A DNA stretch of 64,000 nucleotides from positions 224,001 to 288,000 of the forward strand of contig CAWEXO010000014.1 of NCBI GenBank assembly GCA_963813025.1, given 5' to 3'. Origin of the DNA: an uncultured Verrucomicrobiae bacterium. GTDB lineage: Bacteria > Verrucomicrobiota > Verrucomicrobiia > Chthoniobacterales > JAFAMB01. This document shows, in pieces, positions 20,726 through 29,351 of this stretch (its first letter is position 1; every line of letters begins with the position of its first letter). The notes beneath the pieces are model-generated. The model was not told where the DNA came from and ran no database searches. It worked only from the letters and a program-made list of their open reading frames with translations. A program made the translations under genes and the position numbers.

Positions 20726-21086
20726 CGGTTGTGGAACCGAGCGGTCCGGGGCGCAAGGGACAAAAAGGCCAAAAGTAGGAGGTGGGCTTTGGCACCCATG
20801 GTCCAGAGAACAGTTATTCAACTGGGCGTCGGCCTACATTCACGCCCAAAGCTCTCTGGGAGTTTCGGCCTTCGTGCTGCACCCTTTAGAGTCGGGCTTA
20901 TAGGTTCCAAAGAACTCCCGGTTACGGGATACTTACCGTGATCGTTCGCAAATACGGGTGTTCAGCGCGCGCACGGGGCGAATAACGACGTTCTGACCTT
21001 TGATGGAACGATCGTGCTCATGGTTGGCCGGTGAGACGGAACTCAAGGAAGAGGCGCGTCGAGAATATCGAATCAGGCAAGAAAGC

Positions 21087-22214
21087 TAGTGCCTAATTGC
21101 GTAAGTTAGTTATATGTATGGCGACTTTCCCCTGATGTACCTGGGATTTGGTCCATTCGAAGGGAGCCGCATTGTTATTGTAGTTCTTGATGAAGGTGTC
21201 GATGGCGTTGCGCAGCTCTGCCACGCTGGTGAAGTTTGCCCCCTGGAGGGCTTGGCGGCTCAAGATACTAAACCAGATCTCAATCTGGTTGAGCCAAGAA
21301 GCGTGGGTTGGAGTGAAATGAAAATGCACATTGGGGTGAGCCTTCAACCAGCGATCTTGCTTTGGCTTATGGGTCGCAAGGTTGTCTAAGACCACATGAA
21401 TTTCTTTGTCGAGATTTCCGGCAACTACCTGGTTCATAAACTCCAGGAATTCCCGTCGGCGCTGGCGCCGGTAATGACCAGCCTGCACTTGGCCGCTGGC
21501 AATGTTGAGGGCGGCAAAGAGAGTGGAGGTGCCATGGCGCTTGTACTCGTGGCTAAAACCCGTCAGCGCCCTGCCATTGGGCAAGCGAATCCAACCTTGG
21601 GCTCTTTCCAGGGCTTGAATGGCTGGTTTTTCATCAATGGCCAAGATGAGCGCATTCTGGGGCGGATTGAGATAAAGACCGACAATGTCAGCGGCCTTGC
21701 GCACAAACTCCGGATCGGTGGAAATGCACCAGCTGCGGCGCCGTTCCAATTCAATGCCTTGTTGGCGCAAAATGCGCCAGACTTGATCGGAGGAAACATC
21801 GGCCAGACTCTGCGCCAGCAGTCGCCCATTCCAGCGCCCGTAGCCCGCCGGTGGATCTTCATCCAGCAGCGCCAAGACCCGCTTGACCGTCATTTGATCA
21901 TACTTGGCCGGCTTTCCACTGCGTGGCGCGTCTTCCAAGCCAGCCAGGCCTTGGCGCACAAAGCGCCGCCGCCATTTACTCACCGTCACCTCGGGAATGC
22001 GCAGGCTCTTGGCAATCGCACGTCCACTCAAGCCCGCTGCCGCCTTCAAGATAATCTGACTCCTGACCTTGAGCCGGTGTTCGACCCGTTGCGCTCGACT
22101 CCAACCCTCCAAGAGCTTGCGGTTTTCCACAGAAAGTTTGATGCAACCCATTGCCATCCATCCAACAAATCATAATTTTTCATAAATATAAAGAACTAAA
22201 GCAACTAAGTACTA
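21087..22214 (-). mobile_element. Complete IS630-family element with TA target duplication
   Basis: Ends ctagtgcctaattgcgtaagttagttatatgtatg and (reverse complement) ctagtacttagttgctttagttctttatatttatg; cTAg at both ends. Confidence 0.92.
21093..22157 (-). CDS. IS630-family transposase, intact
   Basis: HTH; DEK, DNLATHK and HFTPTHASWLNQIEIWF DDE motifs. Confidence 0.95.
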   Translation of the reverse strand: MAMGCIKLSVENRKLLEGWSRAQRVEHRLKVRSQIILKAAAGLSGRAIAKSLRIPEVTVSKWRRRFVRQGLAGLEDAPRSGKPAKYDQMTVKRVLALLDEDPPAGYGRWNGRLLAQSLADVSSDQVWRILRQQGIELERRRSWCISTDPEFVRKAADIVGLYLNPPQNALILAIDEKPAIQALERAQGWIRLPNGRALTGFSHEYKRHGTSTLFAALNIASGQVQAGHYRRQRRREFLEFMNQVVAGNLDKEIHVVLDNLATHKPKQDRWLKAHPNVHFHFTPTHASWLNQIEIWFSILSRQALQGANFTSVAELRNAIDTFIKNYNNNAAPFEWTKSQVHQGKVAIHITNLRN

Positions 22215-22515
22215 GTGGGGGAGCATTCGTTCCTTACGCGATTTATGATTATCTAGCCGGTGCTTACGATTTGGAGGTCACTGTGCAAGCGATTCGCCAA
22301 ATTCGGCCCCAGAAAAGGTCGATCGTGCATACTTCTGCCGGTTATTAAGGGAACGATTTGACCGACTGATCGCAGCTCTTAACGCGCCTGAAGCCGAATA
22401 AGGGCGAGATTCCGGCGCCGGAAGGTTGATCAGCGCCTCTGCTATTGCGTTCGAAACATCCTCAGCATTGATCGGGCGCGATGTTTTGGCCAGGATAAGC
22501 AGGATGAAAACAACA

Positions 22516-22716
22516 ATGACTGACTTACCTGAGCTGGATCTGTCGGACGTAGGGTTGATCGAACTCATCTCTCTTGATGAAGCTCAACATCCTCATTCGG
22601 GCTTCCAGGCGTGCACTCTCTGCTCATGCAGTAAATTTAATCCGACAAACGAGTATCCGCCCTATGGAAAATGCAAAACAGACGGTTGCGGGCACGAATA
22701 TAATGATCATAGCTGA
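22516..22716 (+). CDS. Small Cys/His-rich protein (alternative start 22504)
   Basis: MTDLPELDLSDVGLIELISLDEAQHPHSGFQACTLCSCSKFNPTNEYPPYGKCKTDGCGHEYNDHS; AGGA upstream. Confidence 0.6.
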   Translation: MTDLPELDLSDVGLIELISLDEAQHPHSGFQACTLCSCSKFNPTNEYPPYGKCKTDGCGHEYNDHS

Positions 22717-23122
22717 TCTTCTTTAGGCCTTGCATGCAGACGCCCTGATTTACGGTCGAGTTACAGAAAGGACGACCCTCTTGCGCGCTGAAGAATTTGT
22801 ACGCTAGGGGATTTGGACCCCCGACCCGCCAGGACGAGCCAGGGGCTGTTGTTCAACCGGAGTTGTGGAGAGAAGCCATCGACCTCCCTCCAAACGCTGG
22901 GGACGTACGGTCCAAAAGAGCCTTACAAGAAGAGCCCTGACTCGCCCTCGACTTTCGAGTCAGAGCCTGTCCCAACCATATGAAGGGAGATGCGTTTTCC
23001 CTTCGCAAGCTGAAGACGCGTTGTCACATACCAGCGTTACAGCGAATCCGACTCTAATCGAATCCGTCTAGCCAACTACACGATTGACAGAGTTGCAGAA
23101 GTTCGCTGAAAAAGGGAATCCC

Positions 23123-23560
23123 ATGGCAGCAACGGAGAACAAAGCAGTGATCACCAGTTTTGTTGAGGAAGTCATCAATCAAGGTCAGCTTGAGCGGGCG
23201 GACGATCTCGTGGCCGCTGATTTCGTGGAACTCGACCCTCTTCCTGGCCAGCAGCAGGGGCGCGCAGGTCTTAAACAGGTGATTGGTGCGTTTCGCACCG
23301 CCTTTCCCGACATCCATTGGGTGATCGAGGAGATGGTAGCAGAAGGGGAAAAGGTATTTAGCCGCTTTACCTGGCATGGCACTCATCGCGGCGAATTCTT
23401 CGGCGTTCCTGCCACAGGCAAGCAGATAACCGTGAAAGGTATGGTTGTCGATCGGCTGGTGGCCGGCAAGATGGCGGAGAGTCGAATCCTAATGGATGGC
23501 CTGAGCATGATGACGCAGCTTGGTGCCATTCCCGTGGGGAAGCCGCCGGAAGAGAGGTAG
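23123..23560 (+). CDS. SnoaL-like ester cyclase
   Basis: AFPD, AEGEKV and GTHRGEFFGVPATGK motifs. Confidence 0.9.
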   Translation: MAATENKAVITSFVEEVINQGQLERADDLVAADFVELDPLPGQQQGRAGLKQVIGAFRTAFPDIHWVIEEMVAEGEKVFSRFTWHGTHRGEFFGVPATGKQITVKGMVVDRLVAGKMAESRILMDGLSMMTQLGAIPVGKPPEER

Positions 23561-23585
23561 AGCGATGGTGCGGAACAACGTAAGT

Positions 23586-23906
23586 CTATGGGCTCTGGCT
23601 TTCCGCGGTGAGCTTCCTTATTGCTGCACCTTGGTCCGACTGGCCTAACGCGATAAACCTGACCTGCGAACCGTCCCATTCAACGCCCGTCCAAGTACCG
23701 TCTGGGGCTAAATACATGATCCGATAACCCGCGATCGATCCTTAGTGCCAATTCTCAATTTTTCGCAAGACCGCTTCCAGGTCGTCGGCCACCGACTTCG
23801 TGCCTTTTCCGGTGTCTGTGATTTTGACGACGTTCAAGTTCATCGTGTAGGTGAAATCGACCTGGCACTCTGAGCGGTTGAGCTGATGGGCGGGATCAAG
23901 TGGCAT
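23586..23906 (-). pseudogene. Hypothetical gene with one in-frame TAA (23742-23744)
   Basis: MPLDPAHQLNRSECQVDFTYTMNLNVVKITDTGKGTKSVADDLEAVLRKIENWH*GSIAGYRIMYLAPDGTWTGVEWDG... reads on in the same frame. Confidence 0.6.
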
Positions 23907-24037
23907 AAGGCCAGCTTACGCGCTTTGCGTTGAAATTCTAACCTCCGTCTAAAAGCAATAAAGAAATCCCATCAGTTGGCGAAACTCATGCGCGTTATCG
24001 TCCCCGGCCGTTTACTACTGGTTCAGAGGCTTTCTCT

Positions 24038-24244
24038 TCATGGGAAGAAGAACGCTCGCTCCTGGCGCTGTTTGAGCGCCTCAAAAAGCCGGACGCGCTT
24101 CGTTATTCCCGGCATGGGATCATCAATCCCGATCTGTGACAGGAGTTTCCCGATTTCGCTCCCGGTGAGGCCTGTGGAAGTATCCGCTAGAACTTCACAG
24201 ATTCTTTCCAACACACTTAAGTCGAATGCAGCAAGCGCCGCCAT
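24038..24244 (-). pseudogene. N-terminal fragment of a TIGR02391-like (Abi-associated) protein
   Basis: LERICEVLADTSTGLTGSEIGKLL...D.MPGITKRVRL. Confidence 0.6.
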
Positions 24245-24451
24245 TTATCGAAGCTAAACTTGGCTAGGCTAATCTAATTCTCCGCGTGTCGCCAGCGTGC
24301 GTGCTGGCGCAGTCATCTCGTTCGGCTGGAGCGGCAGGGGCGAACGCCGCCCCCAGAGCAAAGCGGTAGCCTTGGGTGTTGGGGTAGAGTCTAGTTGGTA
24401 GAGACTTGTGTAAGTCCAACGATCCATGGACCTTATGTGGATAGCATCACC

Positions 24452-24495
24452 GGTTTACACCCAGTAGGTCGGGGGTTCGATTCCCTCACCGTGCA
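24452..24495 (+). repeat. attR-like exact copy of the tRNA-Val 3' 44 bp
   Basis: ggtttacacccagtaggtcgggggttcgattccctcaccgtgca. Confidence 0.93.
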
Positions 24496-24587
24496 TGTTG
24501 TTCATTATAAAGGACTTATCGAGAGCACACCAAAACAGAAGGAAGCGAGAGGGAATAGATTATTTGTCCTTTAGTCACGCTGCACCC

Positions 24588-24893
24588 ACCGAATATCTTA
24601 GCCATCAACGCATCGCTTATCAGGTTTTTGCCGAAGGAGAGGCGGGGCTGTCAGCAGTGCAGAAGGGTCGGATCGATGCCTTGGTGTATGACCGGCCGCT
24701 GCTTTTGTGGCTCGTCAACGAGCACTTCTCCGGCTCGCTGAGGGTGCTGGACGCGACCTTTGATCCGCAGCTCTATGCGATCGCGCTGCCGCAGGGCAGC
24801 GAGCTACGGATCCCAATCGACCTTGCCCTGCTCGACGCAATTCGGAGTGATTGGTGGCGGGAGACGCTGCTTGCGTATCCTGGGCCTGGCTGA
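24588..24893 (+). pseudogene. C-terminal fragment of an amino-acid-binding (SBP_bac_3) domain protein
   Basis: GRIDALVYDRPLL, YAIALPQGSELR and W...L.Y motifs. Confidence 0.7.
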
Positions 24894-24974
24894 GGTCAGT
24901 ATCGAGATTTGCCTGTTCCCTGGGGAACGGCTTAACATAGACATCTCCGGATAATCCAGGAAGTATTTACGCAA

Positions 24975-25005
24975 GTCGGGGGTTCGATTCCCTCATCGTG
25001 CACCA
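24975..25005 (+). repeat. Second, degenerate tRNA-Val 3'-end copy ending in CCA
   Basis: gtcgggggttcgattccctcatcgtgcacca (1 mismatch in the acceptor strand). Confidence 0.85.
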
Positions 25006-25033
25006 TTCCGGATTTGTTTAAACGATATCGATA

Positions 25034-25201
25034 ATGGCTCTTCATTCAGCAAAGGCTGTTTTGGTACTGGCGGGCGCATTGCTTCTGGGTGCGTGTGCCG
25101 CTACGGATACTGGGAAACAGGATGATCCGGTCGTTTTTGGAACCGCTAGCGGAGCGAACGGCGGCGCGGGTGTGACCAGCGGAATGAGCTTACACTGGTA
25201 A
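25034..25201 (+). CDS. Small lipoprotein (55 aa, absent from ORF track)
   Basis: MALHSAKAVLVLAGALLLGA-CAATDTGKQDDPVVFGTASGANGGAGVTSGMSLHW. Confidence 0.7.
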   Translation: MALHSAKAVLVLAGALLLGACAATDTGKQDDPVVFGTASGANGGAGVTSGMSLHW

Positions 25202-25281
25202 CAACTCGATCATGACAAATTGCCCGCAGATGGAATTTTAGGGCTCGCGTGCGGCCATGGCCAATTTTAAGATCGGCTTGG

Positions 25282-25527
25282 ATGAGCGATCTGACCTCCG
25301 AGGAGGAAAAGCAGCTTGATACGGCAATTCAGAATTCCGCAGACGCCCGGAAAGAGTACGTCAGGGCTTTAAGGACCCGCAACCCCGATTTGGAGTATTT
25401 TATGGGTGAAGTCGAGAAGACTTCTGAGACTGAGCAGTCATTAATTGTCGAGCTAGCTGAAAAGCACGGAATTGAGCCCGAATCGCTTAGACCTTTGTGG
25501 CCGGGATGGCATTATTCTGGTGACTGA
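25282..25527 (+). CDS. Hypothetical helical protein
   Basis: 81 aa ORF with protein-like charged composition. Confidence 0.6.
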   Translation: MSDLTSEEEKQLDTAIQNSADARKEYVRALRTRNPDLEYFMGEVEKTSETEQSLIVELAEKHGIEPESLRPLWPGWHYSGD

Positions 25528-25601
25528 ATGCGGCCGCGAACACTCGCGGTGTCCGAAAGTCTCGAGTTGATCACGCGGTGCCGGCATCGAACGCCGGTCG
25601 C

Positions 25602-26294
25602 TCACTTCGCACTCGTGCGGCGAGCGCGGGGATACCAGCGGGAGAGCAAACTCGGCGAAACTCCGCACCAGTACAGCAGTTGCAACAGCGTCCAACGCAG
25701 CCACACGAGCGCGAAGTTGCGTTGCTCAAATCGGCGCGAGGAGGTTACAATCCGGCAGTTCAGATGGACGAAACGGCCGACTCGACGCAAACGCCGGAGC
25801 AAGTCCAAATCTTCGAAAAGCGGGAAGGAACGGAAGCCTCCAATCTGGCGATAGACGTCTCGCCTGACAAAGATTCCTGAATCACCGTAGCACAGACCAA
25901 AGATGCGCAAGAGCGGGTAGATGGCAGTAAGTTGCCTGGCAGCACGCGACGGGCCATCGAACAACAGGCCGAAATTGCCGCCGACGGTAGATTTCGCTTC
26001 AAGACTCTTACCGATGTGCTCCAAGGCATGTGGTGGAGGAATGGTATCAGCATGAAGAAACCAGAGGACATCTCCCGTTGCTTCAAGGGCTCCGATGTGC
26101 ATTTGTAAGCCTCGTCCCATCGGAGCCTCGCATACGAGAACGTTTTGCGCACAAGCGAGCGGAACGGTTCGATCTGTACTGCCGCCATCGACCACGATGA
26201 TCTCCTTTTCACCCGGGAGTCGCTGGAGACTGCGAATAGTCTCTACGATATCAGCTTCTTCATTGACCGTGGGAACGATGATGCTGACGCTCAT
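25602..26294 (-). CDS. GT2 glycosyltransferase, TIGR04283-like
   Basis: SIIVP..NE, VDGGSTD, FLHAD, YGD.G.F, FED and TSSRR motifs. Confidence 0.9.
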   Translation of the reverse strand: MSVSIIVPTVNEEADIVETIRSLQRLPGEKEIIVVDGGSTDRTVPLACAQNVLVCEAPMGRGLQMHIGALEATGDVLWFLHADTIPPPHALEHIGKSLEAKSTVGGNFGLLFDGPSRAARQLTAIYPLLRIFGLCYGDSGIFVRRDVYRQIGGFRSFPLFEDLDLLRRLRRVGRFVHLNCRIVTSSRRFEQRNFALVWLRWTLLQLLYWCGVSPSLLSRWYPRARRTSAK

Positions 26295-26310
26295 ATCAAG
26301 GCAAACAAGC

Positions 26311-26665
26311 TACTTATTCCGGAGCACCACGCCAGATCGCCGGACCGAGTGCTGTAATTGCCGACCGGCTTACTCCACGAGCAAAGCGAGTACTACAAGC
26401 ACCATTCCGGCGAGAATTAAGAGAGCCAGAGAATGCCATAATCCCGCGACCAGAGAACCAGCGGCAGCGCCCAACGCGTAGCAGATCCCAGATCGTGATC
26501 GGAAGACTGATTGTCCCCCGATCTTTTGGCCGATGGCCTCGGTTCGCGAACCGGAGCATCACATTCTCGGCCAATCTTTCTAAATCGCCGGTAATAAACG
26601 CAGTGTTCAGGGACACAGAGCCGAATTTAGTGAAAGCTGCGTTCTGTACGCCGAGAATCAGTAAT
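26311..26665 (-). pseudogene. YoaK/DUF1275 membrane protein fragment
   Basis: LGVQNAAFTKFGSVSLNTAFITGDL; frameshifted, 5' part missing. Confidence 0.6.
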
Positions 26666-26968
26666 CATCTTGACGCGCCTTCGTGCTGGTTTGGTCATGG
26701 TAGAGCGCAGTCGGTCGTTCCGGGTTCGACCGCTCACCCGCCCCGTTCGCGAGAGACAATTGACCGGGCTCACCACGATTTTTTAATCCTGGGCTTCTGA
26801 TCTTTCTTTTAGCGGGAGCAAGTGCCACAGCGATACGGCGTTCCGAGTGCCGATAAGCTAGTGCGAGTGCCAGTGCCAGTGAGTTGGCATAGCTCAACTC
26901 CCCTACTGACCTGTTCCGGTACGGCGAGAATTTAGAGACTGTCTCCGCAACATGGCCTTGGCCCTGCT

Positions 26969-27057
26969 CTGGTAGGACGAAAATTTATCCGAGCCTTAGC
27001 GAGTACTCGTTTGAGCCGGACACTGGAGCTGCCACACCGAAGACGCCTCAAACAAGT
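26969..27057. repeat. Degenerate, truncated copy of the GTAG-type REPIN at 62392-62514
   Basis: ctggtaggacgaaaatttatccgagccttagcgagtactcgtttgagccgg aligns with the reverse complement of that element. Confidence 0.75.
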
Positions 27058-27124
27058 GTTAAGTGTGGATGATGATAACGCACTGCAAAGAGATCGAGCG
27101 GAAAAAAATGCTTGCCATGGTGAT

Positions 27125-27161
27125 AAGATCGATCTAAAGAAAAGGATTTAGATCGATCTAG
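27125..27161. promoter_or_regulatory. Two LacI-type operator palindromes
   Basis: aAGATCGATCTa (27125-27136) and TAGATCGATCTA (27149-27160), central CG, upstream of the lacI-family gene; TTGCCA at 27112. Confidence 0.75.
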
Positions 27162-27237
27162 ATCTTCCCGTTTCCCTCCTATGTGCAGATCCAAATGCTG
27201 AATTTTGCCGCGCCGAACGATCGCCGCTGTCCTACTG

Positions 27238-28299
27238 ATGAAGAAAATTCGCCCCTCCCGCGTCACCCTGCTCGACATCGCTGCCGATGCCGATGTCTCG
27301 CGTGCAACTGTTTCGCTGGTGATTCGCAATGTGTCCACGGTCGCTGAAAGTACGCGAAATCGCGTTTTAACCTCCATTAAACAGTTGGGCTATGTCTATC
27401 ATCGCGGGGCCGCTAACCTGCGGAGGCAGCAATCGCACGCGGTCGGCCTGATTGTCTCGGATATTACCAATCCATTCTTTGCCCAAGTCACTCTGGCGAT
27501 TGAAGAAAAGTTGGCCGCAGACGGCTTCGTCGCCCTGCTGGGAAACACTGCGGAAGATCTCGCCAAAGAGGAGCGCCTGCTCAAAACCATGCGCGAGTTT
27601 CCGGCTGACGGAATTCTGATCTGCCCGGCGCTTACCGAGCAGCCGACGACTCCTTTCCGGGGAAACGGAGGACTGTGTCCTACTGTTGCTTTTGCCCGGC
27701 GAACTCCGGGTCTCGATTACGCCGGAATCAATAACTGCCTCGGCGCAGAACTGGCGATCGAACACCTCTACAAAGTTGGGCATCGTCGGATCGCGTTCCT
27801 GGGAGGTAACCCAACGATCTCGACGGGCGCCGAGCGCTTGAAGGGTTATCAAAAGACGTTTCTGCGGCGGAAGCTGAAGTTCGATCCACGCTTCGTGGTC
27901 CCCTCTATTCCCAACCGCCGTGGTGGTTACGAAGGCGTCCGCCAACTGTTGCAATTGAGCAAGCCCCCGACTGCAGCACTCTGTTTCAACGATGTGGTCG
28001 CGCTCGGCGCTCTGGAAGCCATCCAGCATCTTGGACTGAAACCGGGCGTCGATTTTGGGATCGTCGGATTCAACAATATCTCCGATGCCGCGCAGAGTGT
28101 ACCCGGGTTGACCACCGTTGATACGTTTCCGCGGCGACTAGGCGAGTTGGCCGCTGAGCTACTATTGAGGCGCATTCATGAGCCTTTGCTTCCTCGCCAG
28201 GAACTGATTCTGGAACCGCGATTAGTTGTTCGGGATTCGTGCGGAGCAAGTAATCCGAGCGGAAAGAAGCCTCCATCACAGGCGAAATCAGTATCGTGA
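27238..28299 (+). CDS. LacI-family transcriptional regulator
   Basis: TLLDIAADADVSRATVS HTH, NPFF and GLTTV motifs. Confidence 0.95.
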   Translation: MKKIRPSRVTLLDIAADADVSRATVSLVIRNVSTVAESTRNRVLTSIKQLGYVYHRGAANLRRQQSHAVGLIVSDITNPFFAQVTLAIEEKLAADGFVALLGNTAEDLAKEERLLKTMREFPADGILICPALTEQPTTPFRGNGGLCPTVAFARRTPGLDYAGINNCLGAELAIEHLYKVGHRRIAFLGGNPTISTGAERLKGYQKTFLRRKLKFDPRFVVPSIPNRRGGYEGVRQLLQLSKPPTAALCFNDVVALGALEAIQHLGLKPGVDFGIVGFNNISDAAQSVPGLTTVDTFPRRLGELAAELLLRRIHEPLLPRQELILEPRLVVRDSCGASNPSGKKPPSQAKSVS

Positions 28300-28315
28300 A
28301 CACTGAGACTCTCAG

Positions 28316-29335
28316 ATGAAAAATGGTAACAAGCTCGGATGGGCGTTGATCGGCGCGAGTGACATCGCAAGAACACGGATGATCAATGCGATCAACAGCC
28401 AACCGAACAGCCGGGTTGAGGCGGTTTTCAGCAGCGATCCCGTGCGCGCCGAGACCTATGCCCGAGAGAATAACGTCCCAAAGGTATGTCCCAATCTCCC
28501 GGAAGCCCTGCACGATCCGGACATCGATGTCGTATACATCAGCACAACCAATGAACTTCACCGCTATCAGGCCGTTGCCGCAGCTCGCAGTGGAAAACAT
28601 ATCCTCTGCGAGAAACCTCTGGCGCTCTCCATGGCCGACGCGCAGCAGATGATTCGGGCGGCCCAGGAAGCGGGCGTGGTTTTTGGGACAAATCATCATC
28701 TACGGTGCTCGGTCACGCACCGAACCCTGCGAACAATGGTCAAGGGAGGTGCGATTGGCCGGCCACTAGCCGCCCGCGTGTTTCATGCAGTCTATCTTCC
28801 ACCGCGTTTGCAAGGCTGGCGAGTAAGGCGGCCAGAAGCCGGCGCAGGAGTGGTCCTCGATATAACGGTGCATGATGCGGACACGTTGCATTTTATCCTG
28901 GACTCGGACGTAGAAGACGTCAGCGCGCGTTCTGCTCATCAAGGGATGGCTCAAGGCGGGATCGAAGATGCGGTCATGGGTGTCATGCATTTGCGCGGCG
29001 GAATATTGGCGCAGTTCCACGACGCCTTTACCATTCAGCATGCTCCGACTGGTCTGCAGATTCACGGGACTGAAGGATCGCTGTTGGCAACAGATGTCAT
29101 GACCCAAGAGCCGATTGGTCGCATCATTCTGCGGAAAGGCGATCGCGAAATGGAGGTAACCCTCGACCCGCCCGAGGATTTATATGTTTTTGCGGTACGC
29201 CATTTTAACGAAGCGGTTCTGACCGGCGGAGAACCCTTCGCGACCGGTGATGATGGACTGCGTTCGCTTGCGGTGGGTCTTGCCGTGCAGGAGTCAGCTC
29301 AAACCGGTCGTCGAACCGCCGTTCACTACGCCTGA
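28316..29335 (+). CDS. afr: Gfo/Idh/MocA oxidoreductase, 1,5-anhydro-D-fructose reductase-like
   Basis: IGAS, STTNELH, CEKP, GTNHHLR, ARVFHAVYLPP.LQGWR and DITVHDAD match the Sinorhizobium Afr sequence as recalled. Confidence 0.8.
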   Translation: MKNGNKLGWALIGASDIARTRMINAINSQPNSRVEAVFSSDPVRAETYARENNVPKVCPNLPEALHDPDIDVVYISTTNELHRYQAVAAARSGKHILCEKPLALSMADAQQMIRAAQEAGVVFGTNHHLRCSVTHRTLRTMVKGGAIGRPLAARVFHAVYLPPRLQGWRVRRPEAGAGVVLDITVHDADTLHFILDSDVEDVSARSAHQGMAQGGIEDAVMGVMHLRGGILAQFHDAFTIQHAPTGLQIHGTEGSLLATDVMTQEPIGRIILRKGDREMEVTLDPPEDLYVFAVRHFNEAVLTGGEPFATGDDGLRSLAVGLAVQESAQTGRRTAVHYA

Positions 29336-29351
29336 TCAACCTCTTTTCTCA

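Larger units (their letters stand above)
13362..24495. mobile_element. Decayed genomic island integrated at tRNA-Val (no integrase seen)
   Basis: 44-bp direct repeat 13362-13405 = 24452-24495; interior rich in IS elements and gene fragments. Confidence 0.85.

Noticed and set aside
21396..22175. 259-aa plus-strand ORF
   Set aside because: Antisense shadow of the IS630 transposase
13406..24451. Prophage or intact defence system
   Set aside because: No integrase, structural phage genes or complete defence operon is recognisable
24452..25005. Additional tRNA genes
   Set aside because: Both copies lack the 5' acceptor strand and D arm, so they are att remnants
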